Of a stretch of 61,596 nucleotides of DNA, positions 47,241 through 56,889 are shown in pieces. How positions within the stretch are numbered: position 1 is the stretch's first letter; each line of letters begins with the position of its first letter. The position numbers and the translations under genes were made by a program. Origin of the DNA: a virus. Its lineage: Duplodnaviria > Caudoviricetes. Location: IMG/VR virus record IMGVR_UViG_3300021090_000021, positions 1 to 61,596 of that record; one strand, 5' to 3'. The notes below the pieces were generated by a model that saw only the letters and a program-made list of their open reading frames with translations, searched no databases and was not told the DNA's origin.

Positions 47241-48437
47241 TCATGGCTCCATGCAAAAGGCCGGCGACCCGCCGGCAGGGTTCGATGAATTCGGTGATGC
47301 AATCTCCGCTCGGAGCGGAAAGCCGTTGTGCTCGACGCCGTCGAGCAGGCGTCCGGCGGCTTTCTTGCCGACGTGGATCAATGTGGAACCGTCGCTGTGG
47401 TGCTCGAGCCTGTCACATCCCGTGTTGGCCAACAGCTGAGCGTCGGAATAATTGAGAGGCCTGTGTGGTGCCCATGGTTTGCCGTCGATCAGTATCCGCG
47501 ATGGTCCGCGCTGAATGATGCTCAGCCATTCATCGGCGTCGATCCATTCGCCGTTCTGCTTGTGGAAATAGGCAACACCGGCCGCTTTGCATTGGTCACG
47601 CAACGACGCAAACCATGCACGCGGAGCACCGCGCGCCTTGCTGCCGCTCTCGCCGCCGGTGATGAGCCAGTCGAGCTTGCCCTGCGATGCGTCGACGTAC
47701 CGCAAAGCATCGAACCCATCGGAGATGTCGTCGGACTCTGGATAGCGAACATGCCCCGCGCCCCACGGAATATCGGTCAGGTCGATCGGCGCCAGCAACG
47801 GTTCGCAGGAGACACAGCGCAGCGCAGCCTTCGTGTTGAGCAAGATTGGAATAAATTCGTCAGCCTCCGCCTGATTGGATACGGAGGTGCCTTCGATGAC
47901 GTTGCGCAATGGCAGGCGTGGCAGCACATGCTTTCCGCCGAGGCTTTCCGGCCCGCGAACCACTTTCTCGGCGGCCAGCTCGATCGCGTTGTGGCGGCGC
48001 GGACCGTCAAGGTATTGCCGCCGCCGCTCGGGGCGCTTGCTTAGATTGATGTATGTGTGCTGCGGGGTGAGAGCCATCACAGCGTAAAGCTGGTCGATAA
48101 ACTCCGTCGGCCACCACTCGCCGAAAGCGTCGCTCATTGATTCCACGAAGATCTTGGTGGGCTTCTTCCGCCTGAGCGGGGCGAGAAGCTTCTCTTTGTC
48201 GACCGTGAAGCGATAGCGGAATCGGTTGCCGGGCTTGAACTCCAGGCCGCCGAGGCGGAAGTTGCCCTTCCCGGCGTAGCAGAACCGGCAGGCCTCATTC
48301 ACGTGCTCGCAATGGTGCGCGGAGACCGTGATGGTCTTTCCCTTGCGTTCGATCTCGCGCTCGGCGCGCAGCGCATTCCAGGACTGGCCCTTGGATCCGT
48401 CGGCGCCGAGCAACCATTCGATGGAGGTCTCAGCCAT
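47241..48437 (-). CDS. DUF5131 / phage Gp37-Gp68 family (radical-SAM-like) protein
   Basis: TSIEW, CEHVNEACRFCYA, FV.SMSD.F, TP.H.Y..L.KRP, S.EPLL, W.I.GGESG, GKK.AGR.LDG. Confidence 0.92.
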   Translation of the reverse strand: MAETSIEWLLGADGSKGQSWNALRAEREIERKGKTITVSAHHCEHVNEACRFCYAGKGNFRLGGLEFKPGNRFRYRFTVDKEKLLAPLRRKKPTKIFVESMSDAFGEWWPTEFIDQLYAVMALTPQHTYINLSKRPERRRQYLDGPRRHNAIELAAEKVVRGPESLGGKHVLPRLPLRNVIEGTSVSNQAEADEFIPILLNTKAALRCVSCEPLLAPIDLTDIPWGAGHVRYPESDDISDGFDALRYVDASQGKLDWLITGGESGSKARGAPRAWFASLRDQCKAAGVAYFHKQNGEWIDADEWLSIIQRGPSRILIDGKPWAPHRPLNYSDAQLLANTGCDRLEHHSDGSTLIHVGKKAAGRLLDGVEHNGFPLRAEIASPNSSNPAGGSPAFCMEP

Positions 48438-48636
48438 CGCGGCCTCCGAGATCTTCCGCGAGCTTAGCGATGGCGAACCTCAGCAACGCGCGGATGCCCA
48501 ACTCGCCATCGACGATGTGCTTCGCCAGGTCGCGGTCGTTGCCTTCCGGCGATCCGATCGTGTCAAGCGCGCGGTGCACCGCGGCGGCGCCGGTGAGAAC
48601 GGCCGTAAGATCGTGGCTTGGTGCTCGATCGGCCAT
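48430..48636 (-). CDS. Hypothetical protein
   Basis: Coupled small ORF. Confidence 0.45.
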   Translation of the reverse strand: MADRAPSHDLTAVLTGAAAVHRALDTIGSPEGNDRDLAKHIVDGELGIRALLRFAIAKLAEDLGGRDG

Positions 48637-48860
48637 CAGTCCGGTGCCTTCTGGTTCGGCCAGTCGCGCATGTCCTCGACGACGCTGAAGGCCTCATTGA
48701 CCTTGTCAATGTGACAGCCGGCGGCCTTGGCGCGGATCGCCCATTGCTCAACGAGGTCGGCCGCAAGTGCGTCTTGTGCGCGCAGCACGAAGAACGGCTC
48801 GTCGGGGGCAAGCTTGGCGAGACAATCGAAATGGCCGGGGTGGTTCTTCGTCGACATCAA
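48636..48860 (-). CDS. Small phage protein (DEP.FVLRAQD motif)
   Basis: DCL.K..PDEPFFVLRAQD..A..LV..WA. Confidence 0.7.
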   Translation of the reverse strand: MMSTKNHPGHFDCLAKLAPDEPFFVLRAQDALAADLVEQWAIRAKAAGCHIDKVNEAFSVVEDMRDWPNQKAPD

Positions 48861-51037
48861 ACGATCTCCCCGTGCGCCGCCATCAGCGCGATCGCAATCG
48901 GCTGCACCCAGATCGGCTCCGACGACAGAGTGAAGGTCTCGCCCGACCAGGCGCCAAGCAGCGTACGGCCCATGACGCCGGCAATCGCCGCCGCGGCCGG
49001 CGGCGGCACCGCGTTGCCAATGCGCTCACGCCAAGCGGAATCGGAGAGGCCATCGAGCTCGAGCGTCTCGTCGGGATCGACTAGCCCTTGCAGGGCCGCG
49101 AGCTCAAGCGTGGTGAACGGCCGGTGCCAAGTGTCGTCGAGCGCGCGAATGACGCAGACGAGCCGGTCGCTCGGCCCGGGCAGCACATCATCGATGCGCG
49201 GGTCGGCGACCGAGTTTCGGCCGTTGTCATGCTGACCGGCGCCGGTGACACCGCCACACGGCTCGCACCATGGCACCACGCCGTAGTTACCCGCGGTCAG
49301 GTATTTGCTGCGGCCGTTGCGGGTGAACTCGGGACGCGGGTCCGCGACCGCCCCCGCACCGCTGCCGACCTGCTGCGCGCCGGTCACGCAGCCAGCAGCC
49401 TCGTCCCAGGCGTTGACGCGCATCTTCGTGCTCGACGCACCTGGATGCCAGTTGGCATAGCGGGGATCGGCAACCGCGAAAGCACCGTTGCCGGTGGAGC
49501 TCGCGCCGATCACGGCGCCGGCCGCCTCCTCGTAACCGGTGACGCGGTACTTCGTCTGCTTGTAGTCGCCCCGCGGCGATTGCCGCGGATCGGCGACGCA
49601 CAGCGCACCGCCGGCAGGGTGATGAGCCGCGGTCACCGTTCCGCCGTTCTTATCCCACCGCGTCACCTTCAAGACGTGATGATGGGTATTCGGACCGAAA
49701 CCGGTGCGCGGATCCGACACCGCAAGGCCGCCACCTGGCCCACCGGATCCTGCAACCGCCGGCGCGTGATCGCCCCAGCGCACGATGCGATACACATTAT
49801 TGAAGCGTGGATTGCCCTGGATCCTCGGATCGGCCACCGCATTCGGCCCGCCACCGGCGAACATCTTGCCGGTGACCACGCCGGCGGGCTGATCCCACGG
49901 CCGCACACCCAACTGCACCGACTTCGGATGGCCGTCGATGCGCGGATCGGCGACACTGTGAAAGCCGTTATTCGGGTAGCTGCGGCCGGGCACCGTACCG
50001 GTCGGCTTGTGCCACTGGCGAACCCCGAGCACGTGCGCGTTGTAGATCTCATGCACGCGCGGATCGGCGACAGCATGGGCACCACCCCCTGGTGCGCTCC
50101 GGCCAGTGACGGTCGCCGCCGCCTCTTCCCAACGGCGCACGCCGAGCACGCTCGCCGCCCACGGGATTTCAGGAGTAATCGCGAAGTCGCGCAGTACACC
50201 GTCATCAACGGCAAGCTTATTGAGGGAACGCCAGTCCGAGCCCGCCTCAACGAAGGCAAGCCGCACCCAGGTCTTCCAGTGCAGCGCCGGCATGCGGTGC
50301 ATCGGGCCGCCCAGTCCGGAGAGCGGCAACGGCAGCTTGTCCAGGACCTCGCCAACGCCGCGCAGCGGACGTTTGACCGGCTCATAGAGGAAGTTCGGAA
50401 TCTTGGCGGCGTGGCGGGCGACCAGAAGGAAGCGCTTGCGGCTCTGCGCGAGGCCGCCGATCTCGCCGCAGTCGTGCGTCGTCTCTGCGACCGCATAGCC
50501 GTAAGCGCGCAGCAGCGCCACAATCCGGTCGAGTAGGAAACGGCCACGCGTCGCGATGCGCGGCACGTTCTCGAATACGATCAGCTCTACCGGATCGTCC
50601 TTATACGCCTCGAGCGCGAGCCACACGCCCCGCAAGGTGAGCCCGTTGAGCGCCTGATATTTGGCGCTCGTCGACATCTTCTCGGACAGGAGCCCTGAGA
50701 AGCCCTTGCACGGCGCCGACAGGAAGAGGATGTGCGGATGCTCATTCTGTAGCGCGTGGCGGATGTCGTCGGGCACCGCCTCACGCCAGCCGTCCGGCGG
50801 CGCGACCCCGAAGAAGTCGCGATATTGCTCGGGCGAGAACAGGTCGAGCCTGGTCGCCTTCACGCCGGCGAGTCGCCCGAAGTCGGCGCAGCCGGCAGCG
50901 TCGTGGTCGATGCCGCCCAGGCAGCGAAAGCGCGCCTGCAGATTGCCAACACGCGCCTCGCCGCGGTTGAAGCCCTTGGCGCCGCCGCCAAGGCCGCAGA
51001 ACAGATGGCCCACGTTGATATTGACGGTGCGCATCAT
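48857..51037 (-). CDS. C5 cytosine DNA methyltransferase with eight internal V(A/S)DPR repeats
   Basis: FCGLGG, SAPCKGFS, FENVP, QSRKR, RP.T..ELAALQ, IGNAVPP. Confidence 0.93.
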   Translation of the reverse strand: MMRTVNINVGHLFCGLGGGAKGFNRGEARVGNLQARFRCLGGIDHDAAGCADFGRLAGVKATRLDLFSPEQYRDFFGVAPPDGWREAVPDDIRHALQNEHPHILFLSAPCKGFSGLLSEKMSTSAKYQALNGLTLRGVWLALEAYKDDPVELIVFENVPRIATRGRFLLDRIVALLRAYGYAVAETTHDCGEIGGLAQSRKRFLLVARHAAKIPNFLYEPVKRPLRGVGEVLDKLPLPLSGLGGPMHRMPALHWKTWVRLAFVEAGSDWRSLNKLAVDDGVLRDFAITPEIPWAASVLGVRRWEEAAATVTGRSAPGGGAHAVADPRVHEIYNAHVLGVRQWHKPTGTVPGRSYPNNGFHSVADPRIDGHPKSVQLGVRPWDQPAGVVTGKMFAGGGPNAVADPRIQGNPRFNNVYRIVRWGDHAPAVAGSGGPGGGLAVSDPRTGFGPNTHHHVLKVTRWDKNGGTVTAAHHPAGGALCVADPRQSPRGDYKQTKYRVTGYEEAAGAVIGASSTGNGAFAVADPRYANWHPGASSTKMRVNAWDEAAGCVTGAQQVGSGAGAVADPRPEFTRNGRSKYLTAGNYGVVPWCEPCGGVTGAGQHDNGRNSVADPRIDDVLPGPSDRLVCVIRALDDTWHRPFTTLELAALQGLVDPDETLELDGLSDSAWRERIGNAVPPPAAAAIAGVMGRTLLGAWSGETFTLSSEPIWVQPIAIALMAAHGEIV

Positions 51038-51699
51038 ACTGAAGCTCCCCCGTGCTCGCTGCGCGTCTTGTCGTGGGCGAGCGTGCGCAACGCCGGCAGC
51101 AGCGCTCGCCAGCGATTGAGGAGTGCGGTTTTCGCCGTCTCCCAGCGCCACGGCACGATCACGTCGCGCAACGGCTCGATGCCGGCATAGGGCACTGGGT
51201 TCGGATGCGGCCGATTGCCCATCAGGTCGCGCCACTCCGTGGTGAACATGATGAGGTCCCAGCGCTTGACCGCAGTGACGAGCTGCTGCGGCATCGGCCA
51301 TTGGAGGCCGGCGGCGGCGTGGATGACGACGTCGTGCCGATCCTCGAGCTTCTTCATCGACGCCAGGACCTGCTCGGCGAGGATGCCGAACTCCTGCTGG
51401 CATATTTCAGCGATCGCGTGCTTCTTCGGCGTGGTGTCGTCCTTGAGGACCGCCTCGGGACCATCGTGAACGGAGAAGTATCCGGCGAGCACCGGATCCT
51501 TGGTGGCCTGCATGATCGCGTCGATGCCGCGCGAAAGATGCTCGCCGACCGAATATTCGACGCCGGGCGTGGCACCGTTGAAGCGCTTCTCCTTGGTGAG
51601 CTGCTCGGCATAGGAGTCGAAGTCAACGTCGGACGCTTTCGGATGGAGCAGGTCGATACCGCGGCCGTTGGCCAGTGTGAGGATGGTGGCTGCGCTCAT
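51034..51699 (-). CDS. HD-domain phosphohydrolase (YfbR/5'-deoxynucleotidase-like)
   Basis: RFNG.T...YSV.EH, HD..EA...D..TP.K, VK..D.....E.RDLM. Confidence 0.85.
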   Translation of the reverse strand: MSAATILTLANGRGIDLLHPKASDVDFDSYAEQLTKEKRFNGATPGVEYSVGEHLSRGIDAIMQATKDPVLAGYFSVHDGPEAVLKDDTTPKKHAIAEICQQEFGILAEQVLASMKKLEDRHDVVIHAAAGLQWPMPQQLVTAVKRWDLIMFTTEWRDLMGNRPHPNPVPYAGIEPLRDVIVPWRWETAKTALLNRWRALLPALRTLAHDKTRSEHGGASV

Positions 51700-52457
51700 G
51701 TGGCGGACCCTCCAATGAGCGGAAGCTCTGACGTTTCCGGCGCTGGCTCATAGATCGAGCGCGCAGTGAGAACCTTCGGCTGAAACACCACAGCACCCGC
51801 ATGCTCGTCGACCACCAGCACGCCCTTGTTGCAGGCGAGCCAGAGCATGGAGTCGACCGTTGCGATGCTGTCACCGCTGCGCTCGGCGAGATGACGGCAT
51901 AAGGCCATGCAGGCCGGAAACCGCAGCTCGATCCGGCGGCGCGGCTTGTCAGGGAAACCGGTCAGCCGACAGAGCCAGATGTCGGGCTTGCAGACGTCGG
52001 CGCCGAAATTCTTGGCGAGCTGGAACTTGGTGTCGTCGCCGACATACGAGAGGTTGCCGCACCATTCGACCAGCTTCTCGGCGTCGGCGAGCGCGAGCAC
52101 GGCCTGCAACTCGGCGAAGAGATCGACGCGGCCATACCATGCCCGCTCGATGGCGACGGCCTTGGCGTGATATCCGAAGGCTTCCACCACCGGCCGGGCG
52201 GCATGGATCGCATCCCACACCTTGTGCTCGATCGTGCGAGCAGCCTGGGCAGAGCGACCGGCGCAGAGGATAATCCAGACGATCTCACCGGCCATGTCTT
52301 CGGCGGTGGCCGGCGGGTTGAGTTCCTTCGTCGACCATCGCAACATCTCCGGCGCATCGACATCGTGCGCGAGCAGCCACGTGCTGACCTCGCCATAGAG
52401 GCCCGGCGGGACCCGGGCCGCCGGCGCGGGCACAATGAAGTTGGAGCGAACGCTCAT
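51696..52457 (-). CDS. Helix-hairpin-helix / DNA glycosylase-fold-like protein
   Basis: W.IL.AG, L.YVG..T...LAKNFG.DV.KPD.WL.RL, VD..LW. Confidence 0.6.
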   Translation of the reverse strand: MSVRSNFIVPAPAARVPPGLYGEVSTWLLAHDVDAPEMLRWSTKELNPPATAEDMAGEIVWIILCAGRSAQAARTIEHKVWDAIHAARPVVEAFGYHAKAVAIERAWYGRVDLFAELQAVLALADAEKLVEWCGNLSYVGDDTKFQLAKNFGADVCKPDIWLCRLTGFPDKPRRRIELRFPACMALCRHLAERSGDSIATVDSMLWLACNKGVLVVDEHAGAVVFQPKVLTARSIYEPAPETSELPLIGGSAT

Positions 52458-52813
52458 GGCCGTCCGCCTTCCTTGAGCATCGAGTGCCAACCGCGCAGAT
52501 GCGCCTTCTTACGCTCCGCGCGCTCGGCCATCCGAACCTCGTCCAGCCCGAAATGGTTTTTCACCAATTCGATGTTGGCCAAGACGTCGGCTAGCTCATC
52601 CTCCAGCCATTCGCGATTGAGATTGTTGGTGACGGGCTCGTGCTCATCGATGCCCTGGATGATGCAGCGAGAGACGGCGCTGCCAGCCTCATCCAATTCT
52701 TCGCTGAGCTTGCCAAGATGCGCCAAGTCGATCGGGCGCGTCATCGGTTGCCACGGATTGAGCGCCCACGACGTCGCTGGATCGTCTGGCTTGTGGAGCG
52801 GGTGACCGCTCAT
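52454..52813 (-). CDS. MazG-like NTP pyrophosphohydrolase
   Basis: KL.EE..E......R, N...LE.E.ADV. Confidence 0.75.
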   Translation of the reverse strand: MSGHPLHKPDDPATSWALNPWQPMTRPIDLAHLGKLSEELDEAGSAVSRCIIQGIDEHEPVTNNLNREWLEDELADVLANIELVKNHFGLDEVRMAERAERKKAHLRGWHSMLKEGGRP

Positions 52814-53133
52814 GCGCGCACCTCCCCATGAATAAGAGCGCCGGCCGGATGGAGACTGGGCGGATGGTCCGGCCGGCGACGATCGACCGATGGAAGAAGA
52901 TGAACATCGGCCAAAGGGAAGAAGAACTGTCGCGGTCGCCTTTGGCTGGCGAAGAATAGAAGCGCAGCAATGACGACGGCGATGCAGATCGCAAGCCAGA
53001 ACGCGAAGGCGACCAGCAGAGCCAGCGACACGAAGCTGGCGACCCATGTAAACAGGGCCAAGATCACAATTGTGACGAAGAAGAACAGCGCCATCGCAAG
53101 GGTGGAGATGATGTCGAGGAATTCTGTGAGCAT
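52810..53133 (-). CDS. Small membrane protein
   Basis: About 55 consecutive hydrophobic residues. Confidence 0.5.
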   Translation of the reverse strand: MLTEFLDIISTLAMALFFFVTIVILALFTWVASFVSLALLVAFAFWLAICIAVVIAALLFFASQRRPRQFFFPLADVHLLPSVDRRRPDHPPSLHPAGALIHGEVRA

Positions 53134-53159
53134 GGTGGGCTCCCGTGCCCTGCAGCGGA

Positions 53160-53498
53160 CTACTTGTGACGACGGACCTCGCGGGCGGGTTCGGCCTGAG
53201 CGGTTATCATCCTGTCGCGCGCGAGTGATCGGAACAGAACCTGAGCACCGGCGCCGTCTGTCGCCGGCTCCGGTTCGTTGGCGACGCTCATTTCCGAGAG
53301 TATGAACCAGGCATGATCCTGGTTGATGCCGTCGTCGGCGACCCAGCGAACAAAGAAGACATGCGATGCGTACAGCGGGGCGCGGCCGCGCTCGAATTCC
53401 GCCGCACCGGTCGGCAGCGTCACCACGCCTTGCACGCCCTTCTTGCCAGGGACGTTGACGCGCTGGCCGAGCTTGAATGCGAATGCGGACTTGGCCAT
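53160..53498 (-). CDS. Hypothetical protein (SH3/KOW-like start FKLGQRV)
   Basis: GGAGGG RBS. Confidence 0.55.
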   Translation of the reverse strand: MAKSAFAFKLGQRVNVPGKKGVQGVVTLPTGAAEFERGRAPLYASHVFFVRWVADDGINQDHAWFILSEMSVANEPEPATDGAGAQVLFRSLARDRMITAQAEPAREVRRHK

Positions 53499-53607
53499 AA
53501 GGCCCTCCCTTTGATGACAGGCACACGTGCGCCCCACGCCGGTCCGCGCCACGCCACGAGGCGCGGACCGGAAGCAACGCAACGAACGCAACGGACTGGA
53601 ACGAAAA

Positions 53608-53835
53608 TCAGAACAGGACGCGCGGGACCTTGAACGGCGGCGGTGGAAGGCCGTAGGCCTCGCGCCGCGCGTCTTCCGACGACGCTCGGATCGCATCCTC
53701 GAGCGCGAGCACCGACGGTGCGTAGCCGTCCGCGTCGGCGGCTTGCAGATGGAAGTTGAGACGGCGCAGAAGCGTGGAGGCGCGCCAGAACCGATAGGCG
53801 CGGATGATCGCGGTGAGCCTGGTGCGGACGGTCAT
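53608..53835 (-). CDS. Hypothetical protein
   Basis: ATGA coupling to the upstream ORF. Confidence 0.45.
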   Translation of the reverse strand: MTVRTRLTAIIRAYRFWRASTLLRRLNFHLQAADADGYAPSVLALEDAIRASSEDARREAYGLPPPPFKVPRVLF

Positions 53836-54200
53836 GCCGCACCTCGCATGTCGTCAATCCGCGCCGGACGCGTGCCTTTCGAGGAAAGAGGCCCTTTGAC
53901 TTTGAACGCAGTGTCAAGGATCGACGGCTTAACTTCCGCGCCCACCTCGCCGACCGTGCCCCAAAACGTATCGCGCTCGCTTGGGTTAGCAAACGCTCGC
54001 CAGTAGCAGAGCCCAAACATCAAACCGATATCGTTCTGCCACACGCCCATGAATCGACCGACGCCGCGATCGGGAATCTCGATCCAATCGCCCTTGCGAA
54101 ATTCGACGTCATCGGAACGGAGATAGTGCGGAAGGCATGCGATGCAGTACACCGCGTCCCCCTGGCCGCTCTCGGGTTTGATGCGGGGCTGGTTGGTCAT
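53832..54200 (-). CDS. Hypothetical protein
   Basis: ORF with normal composition. Confidence 0.45.
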   Translation of the reverse strand: MTNQPRIKPESGQGDAVYCIACLPHYLRSDDVEFRKGDWIEIPDRGVGRFMGVWQNDIGLMFGLCYWRAFANPSERDTFWGTVGEVGAEVKPSILDTAFKVKGPLSSKGTRPARIDDMRGAA

Positions 54201-54647
54201 GCGGCACCCCGCGAAACAGAACCGCACGAACGGAGCAGACGACGAGCCGAGTTCGGATCAAACATCGGCAGGGAATGGGCCGATCGGCTGTAATCATCCG
54301 CAACCGCCGTGCGGAAGGAAAACGCCCCGGCGGCACGAGAGGCCGTGCTTTCGCCAGGCCCGCTCTCTCCACAGCCACCGCCAAGGTAGAGAACTCCCAA
54401 CGCGTGCCGCCGGAGCAAAGTGAAGGTTTCTCGCGGGCCGGGCTCGACACCGGCTTGCCATAGTCGGCACCACATCTCTGTGGTCGGCGGCCTACCTGGT
54501 CTTCGTCCGCCCCGTTCCCCAACTTGCTGACGCCGCAACACGAGATCAGCCATCCCGGATGCAGTATCGTTTGCGTGTCCTTCCACGCCGCCGCGAGAAC
54601 TGTAATAGCGAACAACGGGACCCAAGCCGGCAGTTGCTCGTGGATCT

Positions 54648-54896
54648 TCAATCGAGCTGGCGAATGATCTCGCCGAGCACAAACTGCAGAGCGTTCGCAG
54701 GTGCGCGGCTGCGCTTGGCGAACCAGCGCTTGACGGTGCGCGGGTCATCCCCGGTCGCACCGGCGATGACGTGCTCAGTCTTGTGAGGGACCGCGAACTT
54801 CGCGAGGTCCTTGAAGGAAATTCGTCTCTCGCGTGGCAGCCGGATTTTTTTGGTGACAGATTTGTCACCCCGGAAATTTGACGATGCGTTCTGCAT
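54648..54896 (-). CDS. HTH protein in the CII position
   Basis: IA..TG..PRTVKRW; downstream of cro. Confidence 0.55.
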   Translation of the reverse strand: MQNASSNFRGDKSVTKKIRLPRERRISFKDLAKFAVPHKTEHVIAGATGDDPRTVKRWFAKRSRAPANALQFVLGEIIRQLD

Positions 54897-55132
54897 CCCC
54901 AATGATTCGCCCATGCAAACGCCCCCACGCAAGACACAAAAGGACAATGTGAAATCAGCTTCGCCCCAGTCCGGCGATATTCCGTGGTGCGACGACGCAG
55001 CCTGCGGTTATCCCCGCTGTTCACAAACCGTAAACCCAAGGAACCTGCGGTTGCGAAATACCCTTGGTGCTGTCTGTCAGGTTCCTGACACAATGAACTC
55101 TCTGGGAGGAGAACGTGTCGGGAGGCGTGCAT

Positions 55133-55414
55133 ATGGGCGTTTTTCGCGATCCACGACCGCTGATCGAGAAAACTCCGGTCATCGATACCTTCGTAAGCGA
55201 CCTGGGCCGCATCGATATCCTCGACGGAAACGCCCGGTTTGTGTGGTTCACGGAAGATGTTCAAGAGGAGGGCGCGCCTGGCATAAGAGTGGTGCGCTGC
55301 AAGGTCGTGATGCCGCGATCGGTCATCATCCCGGCCGTTCATCGCGTGCTGTTCGCGATCGGAGCGGAAGCCCTCCGCGATTGGGATCTGAGCAAGCTCC
55401 GCTGGCAGCACTGA
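55133..55414 (+). CDS. Hypothetical protein convergent on cro
   Basis: GGAGG RBS, 93 aa. Confidence 0.6.
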   Translation: MGVFRDPRPLIEKTPVIDTFVSDLGRIDILDGNARFVWFTEDVQEEGAPGIRVVRCKVVMPRSVIIPAVHRVLFAIGAEALRDWDLSKLRWQH

Positions 55415-55416
55415 GT

Positions 55417-55674
55417 TCATCGCCCAACCTCAGCTTGAGCGACCGCGTCCTGCTGCGCGCATGGCGGCAGAAACTCGTCCGCAACCAGCGGAATGTCGTT
55501 GTCGCGCGCATATCCCAGCAGAGCCGGATGATATCGTTGGGGAATGAGACCATCCGTCCCGCCTTTGTCGCGCGGCTGCTGCCAGCGATAGGGCGCCGTG
55601 TAGGCCGTACCGGTGATCTTCGAGACCACTGCCGGGCCGCCCAACCGTTTGATGATCGTTTGTGCCGGTTCCAT
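55417..55674 (-). CDS. cro: Cro-like repressor
   Basis: II..LGG...V...G......Y.W...G.IP; divergent from cI. Confidence 0.8.
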   Translation of the reverse strand: MEPAQTIIKRLGGPAVVSKITGTAYTAPYRWQQPRDKGGTDGLIPQRYHPALLGYARDNDIPLVADEFLPPCAQQDAVAQAEVGR

Positions 55675-55684
55675 GTGCCGAGTA

Positions 55685-55760
55685 ATTTCCGATTTTCCGA
55701 AATCGATGTCAAGCGTATTTCTGATTTTCCGAATTGCACGGCTTTCTGTTTTCCAGAAAG
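55685..55760. promoter_or_regulatory. OR-like operator triplet with divergent promoters
   Basis: 19-bp atttccgattttccgaaat (55685), atttctgattttccgaatt (55717), ctttctgttttccagaaag (55742); TTGACA on the - strand at 55707-55712. Confidence 0.85.
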
Positions 55761-55767
55761 ATCGGGG

Positions 55768-56316
55768 ATGGACGGGAAAGATATCGAGGCCCTGTTTGAA
55801 AAAACGGGCAAGAAACGCATAGACTTAGCCAAGCGCTTCGGAGTGCAGCCGCAGCAGATAACGGCGCTGACCCAGGGCACGCGCCTGTTGAAAGCTCACG
55901 AGCTCCCAATCGTCCGGGACTTCTTCGGGCTCGACGAATCAGTGCCACTCAAGGGTTACGTCGGCGGCGGCGGTTTGGTTGCTAGGCACACAATCGACGA
56001 GGACCAGCTCGCACGCGTCTCCGGGCCCCGCGACGCCAGCGAAGCAACCGCTGCCCTGGAGATCCGAGGCGACAGCCTCGGCGCGGAGGTGGATGGGTGG
56101 GTCCTATTTTTCCAGGATGAAAAACAACGGCCCACCAAGGCATTGAACGGGCTGTGCGTGGTCGGACTATCCGATGGCCGCGTGTTGTTGCGGCGAATTC
56201 AACCCAGCCGATTACAAAAGCGTTATCATCTCACCCTTGGCGGCCAGGCTCCGATCCTGGATACGCCGATAGAATGGGCTTCGCCGGTCGTTGCCATGGA
56301 GCCCAGGCGCAAATAG
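55768..56316 (+). CDS. cI: CI-like repressor (HTH + S24-like domain)
   Basis: DLAKRFGV....I..L..G.R.L; VPL.GYVG.G; ALEIRGDSL. Confidence 0.85.
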   Translation: MDGKDIEALFEKTGKKRIDLAKRFGVQPQQITALTQGTRLLKAHELPIVRDFFGLDESVPLKGYVGGGGLVARHTIDEDQLARVSGPRDASEATAALEIRGDSLGAEVDGWVLFFQDEKQRPTKALNGLCVVGLSDGRVLLRRIQPSRLQKRYHLTLGGQAPILDTPIEWASPVVAMEPRRK

Positions 56317-56328
56317 GGACGCAAGATC

Positions 56329-56856
56329 ATGGCGCGCGGTATCCTGGCAGTGTTCGCTCTGCTCATCGTCGTCTTCGCCTTTTACCAGCGCGATCCAGCC
56401 CCTTCGATCACAGGCGCTATTACATCAATGCGGCCGGCCCCTCACCGGCCGGCGCCAGCCCCGAGCCCGCGACAGCTCATGAACGAGGCGATCGGTAACG
56501 TCAGCCTCAAATTCGAATGGAGTAAGACCGATTTTGGGGTCCTGCTGGTCAACTTCACGATCGCAAACCGCAACGACTTCGACGTGAAGGATGTAGAGAT
56601 CCGCTGCACCCACGCCGGGCCGAGCGGAACCGAGATTGACAGCAACACCCGGACGATTTTTGAACTTTTCGAGGCCAAAACGGCGCGGAAGATATCCAAA
56701 TTCAACATGGGCTTTGTTCACAGCCAGGCGGCCCGCTCAGGCTGCGAGATCACCCGCCTGGTGCGCGGTGAGGTACGGCCGCTGCAAAAGGTCACCCCTA
56801 AGAAAGCCTCACCCAAGGAGCCCCCAGGGCCGCCGCTTGCCCTGTCGCCGAAGTAG
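56329..56856 (+). CDS. Membrane-anchored periplasmic protein co-transcribed with cI (possible superinfection exclusion)
   Basis: N-terminal TM helix; FTI.N.N...VKD.EI.C...SGT.ID; Cys pair. Confidence 0.65.
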   Translation: MARGILAVFALLIVVFAFYQRDPAPSITGAITSMRPAPHRPAPAPSPRQLMNEAIGNVSLKFEWSKTDFGVLLVNFTIANRNDFDVKDVEIRCTHAGPSGTEIDSNTRTIFELFEAKTARKISKFNMGFVHSQAARSGCEITRLVRGEVRPLQKVTPKKASPKEPPGPPLALSPK

Positions 56857-56889
56857 GCGGGTTGGAACTTTTATTTCACGTGAAACATT

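Noticed and set aside
15632-50536. Long + strand ORFs (e.g. 22943-24433, 27188-28615, 43284-44504, 49088-50536)
   Set aside because: Antisense shadows of well-supported - strand genes in high-GC DNA, with no recognisable motifs
51038-51403. N-terminal extension of the C5 MTase (848-aa call)
   Set aside because: Overlaps the HD gene; motif I begins just after the coupled ATG at 51037
54811-55767. N-terminal extension making CI 501 aa
   Set aside because: Overlaps cro and the operators; the HTH starts at ATG 55768
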